DNA of 64,000 nt from Eledone cirrhosa. Lineage: Eukaryota. Positions 12,800 through 29,448 of this stretch are shown here, piece by piece. The stretch is from NCBI GenBank assembly GCA_964016885.1, contig OZ024754.1, positions 32,488,001-32,552,000 of the forward strand, written 5' to 3'. A model generated the notes under the pieces. The model ran no database searches, was not told the DNA's origin, and saw only the letters and a program-made list of their open reading frames with translations. Position numbers and translations under genes: made by a program. The first letter of the stretch is position 1. Every line of letters begins with the position of its first letter.

Positions 12800-13058
12800 T
12801 TAGTATTTGTGTAGATAGACCGTTCTAGTTAAGCAAGATTGGACGAAGCTTTATTTACTGGAAATTGGGTGGCGTTGACTGAGAAAGTTTGCATGTGTTA
12901 CTAATGAATATCGAATAATATCTAATCTTGAACTGAGAGAAGAATATTTTAGTTACCGTTGTAGATAGTTCTCTGTTGTAAGGTGGGTTATACCAGCAAA
13001 CATTCCTCTCTTTGTTTCTAGGGTTTCCAGTTCTATTCTCTCGTTTAGAGTACACAAT
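12800..13058 (-). pseudogene. Decayed PLE fragment (RT-endonuclease linker)
   Basis: RNVCWYNPPY...IFISNTCKLSQSTPPNF resembles the PLE pattern RNIIWFNPPY...IFNRNTVKLSYSCMPN (recalled); SCLTRTVY downstream. Confidence 0.7.
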
Positions 13059-16000
13059 AGAGACTGACTGACTACACTGTTATACTATAGACTGACTACA
13101 CCGTGTTATATTATAGACTGACTACACCGTGTTATACTATAGACTGACTACACTGTGTTATACTATAGAGAGACTACACCGTGTTATACTATAGACTGAC
13201 TACACCGTGCTATAATATAGACTGACTACACCGTGTTATACTATAGACTGACTACACCGTGTTATACTATAGACTGACTACACCGTGCTATAATATAGAG
13301 TGACTACACCGTGTTATACTATAGACTGAGTGCAATGTTATACTATAGACTGACTACACTGTGTTATACTATAGACTGAGTGCACTGTTATACTATAGGC
13401 TGACTAAAATGTGTTATATTATAGACTGACTACATTGTGTTATACTATAGACTGACTACACTGTGTTATACTATAGACTGACTACACTGTGTTATATTAT
13501 AGACTGACTACACTGTGTTATACTATAGACTGACTACACTGTGTTATACTATAGACTGACTACACCGTGTTATACTATAGACTGACTACACTGTGTTATA
13601 CTATAGAGTGACTACACCGTGTTATACTATAGACTGACTACACCGTGTTATACTATAGACTGACTACACCGTGTTATACTATAGACTGACTACACCGTGC
13701 TATAATATAGACTGACTACACCGTGTTATACTATAGACTGACTACACCGTGTTATACTATAGACTGACTACACTGTGGTATACTATAGACTGACTACACC
13801 GTGCTATAATATAGACTGACTACACTGTGTTATACTATAGACTGAGTGCACTGTTATACTATAGAGTGACTAAACTGTGTTATATTATAGACTGACTATA
13901 CTGTGTTATACTATAGACTGTCTACACTGTGTTATACTACAGACTGACTACACTGTGTTATATTATAGACTGACTACACTGTGTTATATTATAGACTGAC
14001 TATACTGTGTTATACTATAGACTGTCTACACTGTGTTATACTACAGACTGACTACACTGTGTTATACTATAGACTGACTACACTGTGTTATATTATAGAC
14101 TGACTACACTGTGTTATACTATAGACTGTCTACACTGTGTTATATTATAGACTGACTACACTGTGTTATATTATAGACTGACTATACTGTGTTATATTAT
14201 AGACTGACTACACTGTGTTATATTATAGACTGACTACACTGGGTTATACTATAGACTGTCTACACTGTGTTATACTATAGACTGTCTACACTGTGTTATA
14301 CTATAGACTGTCTACACTGTGTTATACTATATACTGACTACACTGTGTTATACTATAGACTGACTACACTGTGTTATACTATATACTGACTACACTGTGT
14401 TATACTATAGAGTGACTACACTGTGTTATACTATAGACTGACTATACTGTGTTATACTATAGACTGACTACACTGTGTTATACTATAGACTGACTACACT
14501 GTGTTATATTATAGACTTACTATACTGTGTTATACTATAGACTGACTACACTGTGTTATACTATAGACTGACTACACTGTGTTATACTATAGACTGTCTA
14601 CACTGTGTTATACTACAGACTGACTACACTGTGTTATACTATAGACTGACTACACTGTGGTATACTATAGACTGACTACACTGTGTTATACTATAGACTG
14701 ACTACACTGTGTTATACTATAGACTGACTACACTGTGTTATACTATAGACTGACTATACTGTGTTATACTATAGACTGACTACACTGTGTTATACTATAG
14801 ACTGACTACACTGTTATACTATAGACTGACTACACTGTGGTATACTATAGACTGACTACACTGTTATAATATAGACTGACTACACTGTGGTATACTATAG
14901 ACTGACTACACTGTGTTATATTATAGACTGACTACACTGTGTTATATTATAGACTGACTACACTGTGGTATTCTATAGACTGACCACACTGTGTTATACA
15001 ATATACTGACTACACTGTGTTATACTATAGACTGACTACACTGTGTTATACTATAGACTGTCTACACTGGGTTTTACAATAGACTGACTACACTGTGTTA
15101 TACTATAGACTGACTACACTGTGTTATACTATAGACTGACTACACTGTGTTATACTATAGACTGACTACACTGTGGTATACTATAGACTGACTACACTGT
15201 GTTATATTATAGACTGACTACACTGTGTTATATTATAGACTGACTACACTGTGTTATATTATAGACTGACTACACTGTGTTATACTGTAGACTGACTACA
15301 CTGTGGTATACTATAGACTGACTACACTGTGTTATATTACAGACTGACTACACTGTGTTATATTATAGACTGACTACACTGTGTTATACTATAGACTGTC
15401 TACACTGTGGTATACTATAGATTGACTATACTGTGTTATAGTATAGACTGACTACACTGTGTTATACTATAGACTGACTACACTGTGTTATACTATAGAC
15501 TGACTACACTGTGTTATACTATAGACTGACTACACTGTGTTATACTATAGACTGACTACACTGTGTTATATTATAGACTGACTACACTGTGTTATACTAT
15601 AGACTGACTACACTGTGTTATACTATAGACTGACTACACTGTGCTATATTATAGACTGACTACACTGTGGTATACTATAGACTGTCTACACTGTGTTATA
15701 CTATAGACTGACTACACTGTGTTATACTATTGAGTGACTACACTGTTATACTATAGACTGACTACACTGTGTTATACTATAGACAGACTACTCTGTGTTA
15801 TACTATAGACTGACTACAGTGTGTTATACTATAGACTTACTACACTGTGTTATATTATAGACTGTCTACACTGTGTTATACTATAGACTGACTACACTGT
15901 GGTATACTATAGGCTGACTACACTGTGTTATACTATAGAGTGACTACACTGTTATACTATAGATGGACTACACTGTGTTATACTATAGACTGACTACACT

Positions 16001-17330
16001 GTGTTATACTATAGAGTGACTACACTGTTATACTATAGACTGACTACACTGTGTTATACTGTAGACTGACTACACTGTGTTATACTATACACTGACTACA
16101 CTGTGTTATACTATAGAGTGACTACACTGTCATACTATAGACCGACTACACTGTGTTATACTATAGACTGACTACACTGTGTTATACTATATACTGCCTA
16201 CACTGTGTTATACTATAGACTGACTACACTGTGTTATACTATAGACTGACTACACTGTGGTATACTATAGACTGATTACACTGTGTTATACTATAGACTG
16301 ACTACATTGTGTTATACTATAGACTGACTACACTGTGTTATATTATAGACTGACTACACTGTGTTATACTATAGACTGACTACACTGTGTTATACTATAG
16401 ACTGACTACACTGTGTTATATTATAGACTGACTACACTGTGTTATACTATAGACTGACTACACTGTGTTATACTATAGACTGTCTACACTGTGTTATACT
16501 ATAGACTGACTACACTGTTATACTATAGACTGACTACACTGTTATACTATAGACTGACTACACTGTGTTATACTATAGACTGACTACACTGTGTTATACT
16601 ATACACTGACTACACTGTGTTATACTATATACTGACTACACTGTGTTATACTATAGACTGACTACACTGTGTTATACTATAGACTGACTACACTGTGTTA
16701 TACTATAGACTGACTACACTGTGTTATACTATAGACTGACTACATTGTGTTATACTATAGACTGACGACACTGTGTTATATTATAGACTGACTACACTGT
16801 GGTATACTATAGACTGACTACACTGTGTTATACTATAGACTGTCTACACTGTGTTATACTATAGACTGACTCACTGTTATACTATAGACTGACTACACTG
16901 TGTTATACTATAGACTGACTACACTGTGTTATACTATAGACTGTCTACACTGTGTTATACTATAGGCTGACTACACTGTGTTATACTATAGACTGACTAC
17001 ACTGTGTTATACTATAGACTGTCTACACTGGGTTATACTATCGACTGACTACACTGTGTTATACTATAGAGTGACTACACTGTGTTATATTATAGACTGA
17101 CAACGCTATGTTATACTATAGACTGACTACACTGTGGTATACTATAGACTGACTACGCTGTGTTATACTATAGACTGACTACACTGTGTTATACTATAGA
17201 CAGACTACGCTATGTTATACTATATACTGACTACACTGTGTTATACTATCGACTGACTACACTGTGGTATACTATAGACTGACTACGCTATGTTATACTA
17301 TTTACTGACTACACTGTGTTATACTATAGC
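13057..17330. repeat. 26-bp tandem satellite (atagactgactacactgtgttatact), ~160-165 units
   Basis: Continuous head-to-tail units with point variants and occasional 24-bp variants; count estimated as length/26. Confidence 0.97.
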
Positions 17331-17883
17331 TATACCTCGAGGAGTTGATAGCCTTACCTGGTTATAACATGCCAACAGTTAGATATATAGAACCCACAAC
17401 ATCTGAAAAGGTAGCCGTCAACACAAGGGGCCGTGAATCTATCTTTGGAAGCCAACGACAGCACTTACAACTGTGAAACATTGGAACTATTGTTAAAAGG
17501 ACAGGATCTTAGAGATTTCAAAGATTACACTGACCATTGTATTTCTTGACCATAGTCAGAGAGCAATGAGCTCGACAGGAGGCGAAACCTTCACCTATTG
17601 GCTCACTGTTCAATAATACTTCGACTCATTTCTGCTAGCGTTTTTATTGAATATTTTGAAATATTAAATATCACATTGCTGAAGACTGGGTCTTAGGTTT
17701 CTCTTGAACCTAATTCTAGTAAAATTTATGAGGAAGGAGTTATGCGAAATCCACAAGCATTCATTGATATTCGAAACCGCATTACAGTATTAAATGAATT
17801 TCAAGAGTTTACCGCCACCCCTCAGCTAATGTGCTTTCTCTAGAACTTAGTTGAAGATTAGGCATCACTCTGGAATTCTGTAA

Positions 17884-17929
<46 letters not shown>

Positions 17930-18103
17930 TTAGTACTGCTGCTGCTGCTGCTGCTGCTGCTCCTGCTACTGCTACTACTCTCCCTATTCCCTACTTCTTC
18001 TTCTCTCTCACCCTTAATGCATGTATATATAAATACACATACACACACACACTCACATACATGCACATACTCACACACACACACATGTGTATATACATAC
18101 ATA

Positions 18104-18145
<42 letters not shown>

Positions 18146-18174
18146 TATACACATATGTATACATACAGACACAC

Positions 18175-18297
<123 letters not shown>

Positions 18298-18332
18298 TAT
18301 ACACACACATATGTATACATACAGACACATAC

Positions 18333-18376
<44 letters not shown>

Positions 18377-18543
18377 GTGTGGAACTGTATTATTCAGTGT
18401 ATTCAAATATAAATAAATATATTCAACAAAATACATAAATTAAAATGTTTTAATGGCTTTAAGCAAAGAATATATTTCTAGCAATATTTTCATTCAATAT
18501 GCCACATCATCATATCTCACCCTCCAACACTTTATATGTGTGG

Positions 18544-18587
<44 letters not shown>

Positions 18588-18647
18588 ATGTGTGTGTATA
18601 TAAGTGTGTGTGTGTGTGTATATATATATATATTATATATATATATT

Positions 18648-18680
<33 letters not shown>

Positions 18681-19004
18681 TTATGTGTGTGTGTGAGTGT
18701 GTGTGTGTGTTTATCTGTTTGTGTGTGTGTGTTTATCTGTTTGTGTGTGTGTGTTTGTGTGTGTATAAAAATCATATCCACACACAGAACAGACGCAATG
18801 CTTCGATATATTAGAGAAGCGACAAACATAAACAAATTCATACCAAAACTAAACAGAAAGCATGAGTGGAATAACAACAATATCACAGTTAGTAACTAAG
18901 GACAAGATAAAGACATACACTGACGCACAAGAACTAAACTAATAAAACAAACCAGACACACACAGATAGTACAAACAACCAACTAGTGAAAGTAAATAAA
19001 CGTA

Positions 19005-19035
<31 letters not shown>

Positions 19036-19214
19036 ACAAACAAATATATTAAAATAGATAGATAGATAAATAAATAAATAAATACTCACTCAAACACACA
19101 CACAAATCCAGATATGACGCATATGCAGCCCAAGTATCCCCCCCGCCCCCCCAAAAAAAACAACAGGATGGTGTAGGACAGAACAAAGGAGATACAGAAA
19201 ATAACAACAAAAGT

Positions 19215-19258
19215 AGTCACTGAGGAGGTCACAGATTATGTGACGAAAGAGCTTTGAC
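19215..19258 (+). ncRNA. Type-I hammerhead motif, family B, diverged copy
   Basis: gtca CUGAGGA g gtcaca-gatta-tgtgac GAAA gagc UU tgac; upstream atggtgtaggacagaacaaaggaga matches 51128-51152. Confidence 0.7.
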
Positions 19259-19454
19259 AATCAACAACTAAACAACCATCCGGTTATTAAAATAACCGTC
19301 TGGTAGTTTATAACAAATTGAAGTGAAATCCAACAGGTGCGTGTGTTTTTATATATACGTACATACATGCTCACAAACACACACGCATAGATGTATTTAG
19401 AATATACAAGCATCCAAGACATCCTAACAAAAAAAACAAAACAAAAACAAAAAC

Positions 19455-19530
19455 ATACCACTCAGCTCTTGAACCATGTGTGGAACATTAAAAATAAAGG
19501 CTCAGCGTTCTCTATTAAATGAAGGGTAGG
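19455..19530 (+). pseudogene. Short PLE GIY-YIG C-terminal remnant
   Basis: TQLLNHVWNIKNKGSAFSIK* parallels TALSELIWSLKDKNIKYTIFW near 10017. Confidence 0.5.
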
Positions 19531-19649
19531 TGGATTGGACGAAATATATATATTAAGATTATTTGGTAATCCCTATATTTATAACATTTACTGCATCCTA
19601 TTTGCAACTCTTTGTTTCCCATAAATAAATCCTCACCACCACCATTATT

Positions 19650-20287
19650 AGACACCATGCTTTGCAGCATAGAGTTATGGCCCTTTACGTCCTGAGTTCA
19701 AATCCGCCGAGGTTTACTTTGCTTTTCATCCTTACGGAGTCGATAAAATAAAGTACCAGTAATGCACTGATGTCGATCTAATCGACTTTCAACATTCTTC
19801 TTCTTCTTCTTCTTCTTCTTCTTCTTCTTCTTCTTCTTCTTCTTCTTCTTCTTCTTCCCCACAGCCACATCCCCCAAAGTGTTGGTCTTGTGCCTAAATC
19901 AGAAACCATTGTGGTTTGGCAGTATCGGTAGAGGGTCTGACGCCATGCTTTGCAGCATAGGAGTTATGGCCCTTTAGGTTCTGAGTTGAAATCCCGCCAG
20001 GTTAACTTTGCCTTACGGGGTCAATAAAATAAAGCACCAGTAATGCACTGGGGGTAATTGCTGGCCTTGTGCCAAAAGTAGAAACACTATTATTATTATT
20101 ATTATGGATTAGCAGTATCGGTAGAGCTTCAGACAACATGCTTTGCGGCATAGAGTTACAGCCCTTCACGTCCTGAGTTCAAATCCGCTGAGGTTTACTT
20201 AGCTTTTCATCCTTACAGAGTCGATAAAATAAAGTACCAGTAATGCACTGGGTAATTTGCTGGCCTTGTGCCTAAAGTGGAAACAAT
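19650..20287 (+). mobile_element. Three head-to-tail tRNA-derived SINEs with a Meta-like central domain
   Basis: A-box tggcagtatcggtag, B-box gagttcaaatcc, central gcctttcatccttacggggtcgataaaataaagtaccag, tail ggccttgtgcctaaagtagaaac. Confidence 0.88.
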
Positions 20288-20343
20288 TATTATTATTTTT
20301 ATTATAATCCTCCTCCTCCTCCTCCTCCTCCTCCTCCTCCTCC

Positions 20344-20389
<46 letters not shown>

Positions 20390-20869
20390 TATCATTATCA
20401 TCATCATCATCATCATTATAGTTCTCAACTTCGTACGCTCTTGTGACCAATGAATAGAAATCACTTTCAACATTCTTCTTCTTCTTCTTCTTCTTCTTCT
20501 TCTTCTTCTTCTTCTTCTTCTTCTTCTTCTTCTTCTTCTTCTTCTTCTTCTTCCCCACAGCCACATCCCCCTCTCCCCCTTCCCCCCTCCTTTATCTTCT
20601 TCTCTTTCTTTCCTTTTCACTCTTTGTTTACTTTACTTCACTTTCCTTGTCTTAATAGATTTATTCGTTGTAAAAATTAAGAAATGGAATCTGCGTCTCT
20701 TTACTAAATATCGAAGCCTTAATTCTGAAGTTAAAATGGAGGAAATTAGAAAATTACCAAAGAGTTATATTGCGATAGGATATTGGTTGTCTTGAATTGA
20801 AAACAGAGAGAGCAAAACTTAAAACTTTCCACTTGGAAATATTAAAAAAGAAGAAAAATTGAAGTTAAC

Positions 20870-21377
20870 TGTGTTGTTATTGTTGTTATTGTTGCTATTG
20901 TTGCTATTGGTGTTGTTGTTGTTGTTGTTGTTGTTTTTGTTGTTATTTTACTGGTTGTGATATTATTGTTGTTAATGTTGTTATTGTTGTTATTGGTGTT
21001 GTTTTTGTTGTTTTTGTTGTTTTTGTTGTTATTTACTGGTTGTGATATTATTGTTGTTATTCATATTATTGTTGTTGTTTTACTGGTTGTTTATAGTGAA
21101 GATATTGGTGTTATTGGTGTTATTGATTTTGTTGTTGCTGTTAGTGTTGTTATTGATGTTATTGAGTTGGTGCTGTTGTTGCTGTTGTTGTTGGTGCTGT
21201 TGCTGTTGTTGTTGTTGTTGTTGTTGTTGGTGGTGGTGTTATTGCTGTTGTTGTTAGTGCTGTTGTTGTTGGTGCTGTTGTTGGTGGTGGTGTTATTGTT
21301 GTTGGTGCTGTTGTTGTTGCTGTTGTTGTTGTTGTTGTTGTTAGTGCTGGTGTTGTTGGTGATGTTGTTGTTGGTGC

Positions 21378-21411
<34 letters not shown>

Positions 21412-21482
21412 GGTGTTATTGCTGTTGTTGTTAGTGCTGTTGTTGTTGGTGCTGTTGTTGTTGTTGCTGTTGTTGGTGCTGG

Positions 21483-21519
<37 letters not shown>

Positions 21520-21944
21520 GGTGTTATTGCTGTTGTTGTTAGTGCTGTTGTTGTTGGTGCTGTTGTTGTTGTTGCTGTTGTTGGTGCTGGTGTTGTTGTT
21601 GTTGTTGTTGTTGTTGGTGCTGTTATTGTTGCTGTTGTTGTTGTTGCTGTTGTTGTTGTTGGTGCTGTTGTTGTTGTTGGTGCTGTTATTGCTGTTGTTG
21701 TTGTTGCTGTTGTTGCTGTTGTTGTTGTTGTTGCTGTTGTTGTTGTTGATGTTGCTGTTGTTGTTGTTGCTGTTGTTGTTGTTGTTGGTGCTGTTGTTGT
21801 TGTTGCTGTTGTTGATGTTGTTGTTGTTGTTGCTGTTGTTGTTGTTGATGTTGCTGTTGTTGTTGTTGTTGTTGTTGATGTTGCTGTTGTTGTTGCTGTT
21901 GTTGATGTTGTTGTTGTTGCTGTTGTTGTTGGTTTTGTTGGTGC

Positions 21945-21988
<44 letters not shown>

Positions 21989-22312
21989 GTGGTGTTATTG
22001 CTGTTGTTGTTGCTGTTGTTGTTGGTGCTGTTGTTGTTGTTGTTGTTGATGTTATTGTTGCTGTTGTTGTTGTTGGTGCTGTTGTTGTTGGTGCTGTTGT
22101 TGTTATTGTTGATGTTGTTGGTGGTGTTATTGCTGTTGTTGTTGCTCTTGTTGTTGGTGCTGTTGTTGTTGTTGTTGTTGTTGTTGATGTTATTGTTGCT
22201 ATTGTTGCTGTTGTTGTTGTTGGTGCTGTTGTTTTTGTTGCTGTTGTTGTTGTTGTTATTGATGTTATTGTTGCTGCTGTTGTTGCTGTTATTGATGTTG
22301 TTGTTGTTGTTG
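20870..22312. repeat. Degenerate (TTG)n/(CTG)n tract
   Basis: Read directly; explains the poly-L/N/T ORFs. Confidence 0.95.
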
Positions 22313-22603
22313 TGAATTTCTTCATATTTGTTAGCTGTAATAATGTTTCCTTTCATTTTTCTCTCTCTCGCTCCATATTCTTCAATTTTCTCTTTAATTG
22401 TTTGTCCGTTTGTTATGGTTGTTGTTGTTATTGTTATGGTTGTTGTTGTTGTTGTTGTTGTTGTTGTTGATGTTTCTGATTCACTCTATTTTTTAAACCT
22501 CTCATATATTCTTTTAAATTCGAATTATTTTATGTCTTCAGTTTGAAAACTCATCCTCTTTTTGTATTGGTTTTCCCTAGCGTATATATATATATATATA
22601 ATG

Positions 22604-22634
<31 letters not shown>

Positions 22635-22635
22635 G

Positions 22636-22681
<46 letters not shown>

Positions 22682-22712
22682 GTATATATATATATGTATA
22701 TATATATATATG

Positions 22713-22776
<64 letters not shown>

Positions 22777-22790
22777 CATATATGCATATC

Positions 22791-22847
<57 letters not shown>

Positions 22848-22870
22848 GTATATATATATATGTATATATG

Positions 22871-22932
<62 letters not shown>

Positions 22933-22994
22933 CATATGCATATATATGTATATATATGCATGTTTACTTATGTATACACGCATATATATATATA

Positions 22995-23046
<52 letters not shown>

Positions 23047-23067
23047 TATATATACACACAGACACCT

Positions 23068-23192
<125 letters not shown>

Positions 23193-23454
23193 TATATATA
23201 TATGTATATATATTTATATTCATGATTTATATTTTCTTTTTGTGGAATTGTTTCTAATACAATTTTTTATTTATATATTTCATATCGTAAGTTTTGTTTG
23301 TGTGTTTGTTTCTTCCATTTAATTCTCGTTTTTGTTGTTATTATTGTTGTTGTTGTGGGTTTTGAATATGGTAATGGAAGTCGATTTGTGTGATATTGCA
23401 AGAAAGCACTTTCTCTATAATCCCTTTAACGGTCAATACTTGAAAGATTTTTAA

Positions 23455-23552
<98 letters not shown>

Positions 23553-23581
23553 ATATATATAAATATATATATATATACGGA

Positions 23582-23741
<160 letters not shown>

Positions 23742-23755
23742 TATATATATATATT

Positions 23756-23792
<37 letters not shown>

Positions 23793-24002
23793 AAAAAAAG
23801 AAAATGAAATTTGAAAGTGGTGAAATGTTTGGTCCAACCACGGTGGAGGTTTGAGGTGGCGGGGTGGGGGTGGTGGAGAGGGAGAGGGGGTGAGAGGGAG
23901 GGCAGCTTAAGGAAGAAGCTGGGTGTGCTTCTAAGGAGCGGGTATGAGGTTGGTATGCAGCATGGGGCTAGGTAATATCGACGATGATGATGATGGTGAT
24001 GG

Positions 24003-24042
<40 letters not shown>

Positions 24043-24053
24043 TGTGATGACGG

Positions 24054-24085
<32 letters not shown>

Positions 24086-24247
24086 TGATGGTGATGGTGG
24101 TAATGACGGTGTTGACGGTGATGACGATGATGATCCTGACGATCGTGATGATTGTAACCCTGGTGATGGTGGGGAGAAGAGAAAGATTTGTTTAAATAGG
24201 CGTGAAGCCTTAGGCAAGTGGCGTAATCCGAAAGGTGATCATAGCCA

Positions 24248-24472
24248 TAGCAACAACAGCAACAACAGCAACAGCAACAACAGCAACAACAACAACAGCA
24301 ACAACAACAACAGCAACAACAGCAACAACAGCAACAACAACAGCAACAACAACAACAACAGCAACAACAGCAACAACAGCAACAATAACAACAGCAACAA
24401 CAACAGCAACGACAGCAACAACAACAACAACAGCAACAGCAACATCAACAACAGCAACAGCAACAACAGCAA

Positions 24473-24503
<31 letters not shown>

Positions 24504-24778
24504 AACAACAGCAACAACAACAACAACAGCAACAACAACAACAGCAACAACAACAACAACAACAGCAACAGCAACATCAACAACAACAGCAACAACAGCA
24601 ACAACAACAGCAACAGCAACAACAACAAGAGCAACAACAACAACAGCAACAACAGCAACAACAACAACAACAACAACAGCAACAACAACAACAGCAACAA
24701 CAGCAACAACAACAACAACAACAGCAACAACAACAGCAGCAACAGCAACAACAACAACAACAACAACAGCAACAGCAA

Positions 24779-24809
<31 letters not shown>

Positions 24810-24844
24810 AACAATAGCAACAGCAACAACAACAGCAACAGCAA

Positions 24845-24875
<31 letters not shown>

Positions 24876-24917
24876 AACAACAACAGCAACAGCAACAACA
24901 ACAGCAACAACAGCAGC

Positions 24918-24974
<57 letters not shown>

Positions 24975-25003
24975 ATCAACAACAGCAACAACAACAACAA
25001 CAA
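24248..25003. repeat. (AAC)n/(AGC)n tract
   Basis: Read directly. Confidence 0.95.
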
Positions 25004-25056
25004 TAATGATTTTAACAATGAAATAAGATTGATAGAAATAACAGCAGTAACAATAA

Positions 25057-25240
25057 CTGTTTCTACTTTAGGCACAAGGCCAGCAATCACCCCAGTGCAT
25101 TACTGGTACTTTATTTTATCGACCCCCGTAAGGAGGAAAGGCAAAGTTAACCTCGGCGGGATTTGAACTCAGAATGGCAAGGGCCGTAACTCTATGCGTC
25201 AAAGCATGGCGCCCGACCCTCTACCGATACTGCCAATCCA
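25057..25240 (-). mobile_element. tRNA-derived SINE (Meta-like family)
   Basis: Reverse complement of the family consensus. Confidence 0.88.
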
Positions 25241-25284
25241 GTTCCCTTACAATAATGATAATTATAGTAAAGTACTGTTAATGG

Positions 25285-26306
<1,022 letters not shown>

Positions 26307-28102
26307 CAATGGCAATAATAGGAAGGGATAGTAATAATGGAATATTAATAATATTAGTAATAGCAAAGGCGATTGTGATGATGGTGATGATGATGATGAT
26401 GATGATCGTGATTATGGTGATGATGATGATGATAAATGTGATGATGATGGTTAGTGATGGTGATGGTGATGTTGATGATGATGATGATGATGATGATGTT
26501 TATACTCACCATGAATGTAACGAGTCTGTGTTACGGTGTGTGTGTGTTTGTGTGGGTATGTGTGTGTATGTGTGTAGGGTGTATGTAGGGTGTGTGTGTG
26601 TGTATGTGTGTAGGGTGTGTGTGTATGTGTGTGTTGTGTGAATATGTGTGTGTATGTGTGTGTATGTGCGTAGGGTGTATGTAGGGTGTGTGTGTGTATG
26701 CGTGTAGGGTGTGTGTGTGTATGTGTGTAGGGTGTGTGTAGTGTGTATGTAGCGTGTGTGTGTGTAGGGTGTGTGTGTATGTGTGTGTTGTTTGAGTCTG
26801 TGTGTGTATGTGTGTGTATGTGTGTAGGGTGTATGTAGAGTGTGTGTGTGTATGTGTGTAGGGTGTGTGTAGTGTGTATGTAGCGTGTGTGTGTGTGTAT
26901 GTGTGTAGGGTGTGGAGTTGTTGATATGAAACGCAAATACAAAACAGAAACTAGAAAGAAAGAAAGAGAGGGAAGAAAAGCAACAAAAACATGAAACAAA
27001 AGAGGAAAAACAAACCAACAAAAAATCAACCGAGAAAAATCACCAACAACAACAATTATATAACAAATTAGTAAAATAACCAATGAATATTGGAAAAATA
27101 ACAAATAAAAATTCAAACAGATATTTTAAAAACACCTTCTTTTCTCTTCGCCCTCCCCCCTCCGCCCATCTCTCCTCTCCCACCTCAACAAATTAGATTG
27201 GAATAACAATATTTGAAATGGAAAATATCACCACTTGAGAAAGGAAGGAATTTTCTACAGATATGTGTTTTAACAGAAAAATAGTAACTCTGATCTTTAG
27301 CAAGTTGTAGAAACTCAACTACTTAAAGCAAAGTAGATTGCTGTTAGTTTTTTTTTTTTTTTTTTTAATTCTTCTTCTTTTTAAAATCAAAACATCCATT
27401 ATAGTATTTGAATGTGGCATAATGGATTACATAGATATCGCTCTAATAGTTGAGATGGGTGTTATTACTGGCGTGTTAAAGTCGCACTGAAGATGGTTAA
27501 GTGGTTAGAGTTAGAGCAAGAAACAAGCCACTAAAATGATGATGGTTCGACTCCAATCGCCTCTAGTAACCAAGATATATATTTTTTTCTAAATGGACTG
27601 TGGACGGGCATAGATCGATCGACAGAGGGGTTAACAATGAAGGAGAGTTTGATTCATATTCAATTGTATATATTTACAGAGGGAGATAGAAAGAAAGAAA
27701 AAAATGGTGAAATATAAAAACAATTAAATAAAGACGCGGATTTAATGTGGTGGTGGTGGTGGGGGGGGGGACTCTTTACGGTTGGCAGGATCGTTCACCA
27801 TATCTGCAGAGACCAGTCAGTGATACTCGCTGCATTAGTCATTCCATCATTCCATCATACTTTACTCTTATTAAAGAGTTATTTTCTGCACTTAAGAAGA
27901 ACTCACTTCGTTTAGATTGAAATTCTCTTCCCAGGATATTTGTAACAACGATTTCTGCGAGTAATTCATGGCCCCTTAACTCGTGGCATTTAAACACGGG
28001 CTTTTAAACCTTTCCAGAGGGTTTCCAGTAACCCTTACTAAAAATCTCTTTTTCCCATTCCTCTATCTCTCATTATTTCTTGTCTTAAAAGTACTCGATT
28101 AA

Positions 28103-28580
28103 AGGCGGTGGATTGGCAGTATCGGTAGAGGGTCGGACGCCATGCTTTGCAGAGTTACGGCCCTTTATGGTTTGAGGGCGGTGGATTGGCAGTACCAGTA
28201 GAGAGTCGGACGCCATGCTTTCCAGCATAGTTACGTCCCTTTACGGTCTGAGTTCAAATCCCGCCGAGGTTAACTTTGCCTTTCATCCTTACGGGGTCGA
28301 TAAAATAAAGTACCAGTAATGTACTGGGTAATTGCTGGCCTTGTGCCAAAAGTAGAAACAATTATTTCTTGTCTTAAGTATTGGTAGGGCGTCGAACAAC
28401 ATGGTTTGCAACATAGAGTTACGCCCCTTTATGATCTAAGTTCAAATCCCGCCAAGGTTAACTTTGCCTTTCATCCTTACGGGGTTGATAAAAGAAAGTA
28501 CCAGTCACGCACTGGGGTCGATTTAATCGACTTCCCCTTCTCCAAAATTGTTGGCATTGTGCCTGTGTAAGAAATCATTA
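28103..28580 (+). mobile_element. SINE cluster: one partial and two near-full copies
   Basis: Family consensus motifs repeated head-to-tail. Confidence 0.88.
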
Positions 28581-29067
28581 TTGCTTGCCTTAAGCATGTC
28601 GTGTCTTTTTTCTCTGAAGTTTAACGCACATAACTTCTACATCCACTTCTACCCATTTTCACAACAGGTAGTGGCAGTACATTCATTTTCCAAATATCCA
28701 CAACGTCTTTTTGCTCCCTGGAAACTCTACGTTCACTCCGTCAATTTAGTGCCCTAACCTACAACAACCTCTTGTCGATTTCCCAGAAAACATGTCAGAA
28801 CTACGAAAATTCTACGCTGCCTACTTTTGGCAGCAAATATAATTGCCCATGTCCTCTTCTAGAGTAAACGTGTATAATATTATTTTGCTTGTCCCGATGT
28901 GTTTGAATGTTAGGTTTCCAAAAGGAAGAGGATATAATCTCGTCTTGACCTCGGTTGCTATTCTCTATCTATTGTAGTCCAGACAAACGGTCTGTGCGAC
29001 ACACGTAGAAGTAACAAGTGTTAGTAATGACATAGGCATATTTATCTCTATTATTTACTCGATTAAT

Positions 29068-29448
29068 GGCGGTGGATTGGCAGTATCGGTAGAGGGTCGG
29101 ACGCCATGCTTTGCAGAGTTACGGCCCTTTATGGTTTGAGTTCAAATCCCGCCGAGGTTAACTTTGCCTTTTATCCTTACGGAGTCGATAAAATAAAGTA
29201 CCAGTAATGCACTGGGATAATTGCTGGCCTTGTGCCAAAAGTAGAAACAATTATTTACTCGGTGGATTGGCAGTATCGGTAGAGGATCGGATGCCATGCT
29301 TTACAGCATAGAGTTACGGTCCTTTACGGCCTGGGTTCAAATCCCGCCGAGGTTAACTTTGCCTTTCATCCTTACGGAGTCGATAAAATAAAGTACCAGT
29401 AATGCACTGGGATAATTGCTGGCCTTGTGTCAAAAGTAGAAACAATTA
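29068..29448 (+). mobile_element. Two tandem SINE copies
   Basis: Family consensus motifs. Confidence 0.88.

Noticed and set aside
13057-17330. CRISPR array
   Set aside because: Units are contiguous with no unique spacers, no cas genes, and the context is eukaryotic.
17672-17732. Hammerhead at CTGAAGA plus a long hairpin
   Set aside because: GAAA is replaced by TAAA and no stem I partner is found; at most a relic.
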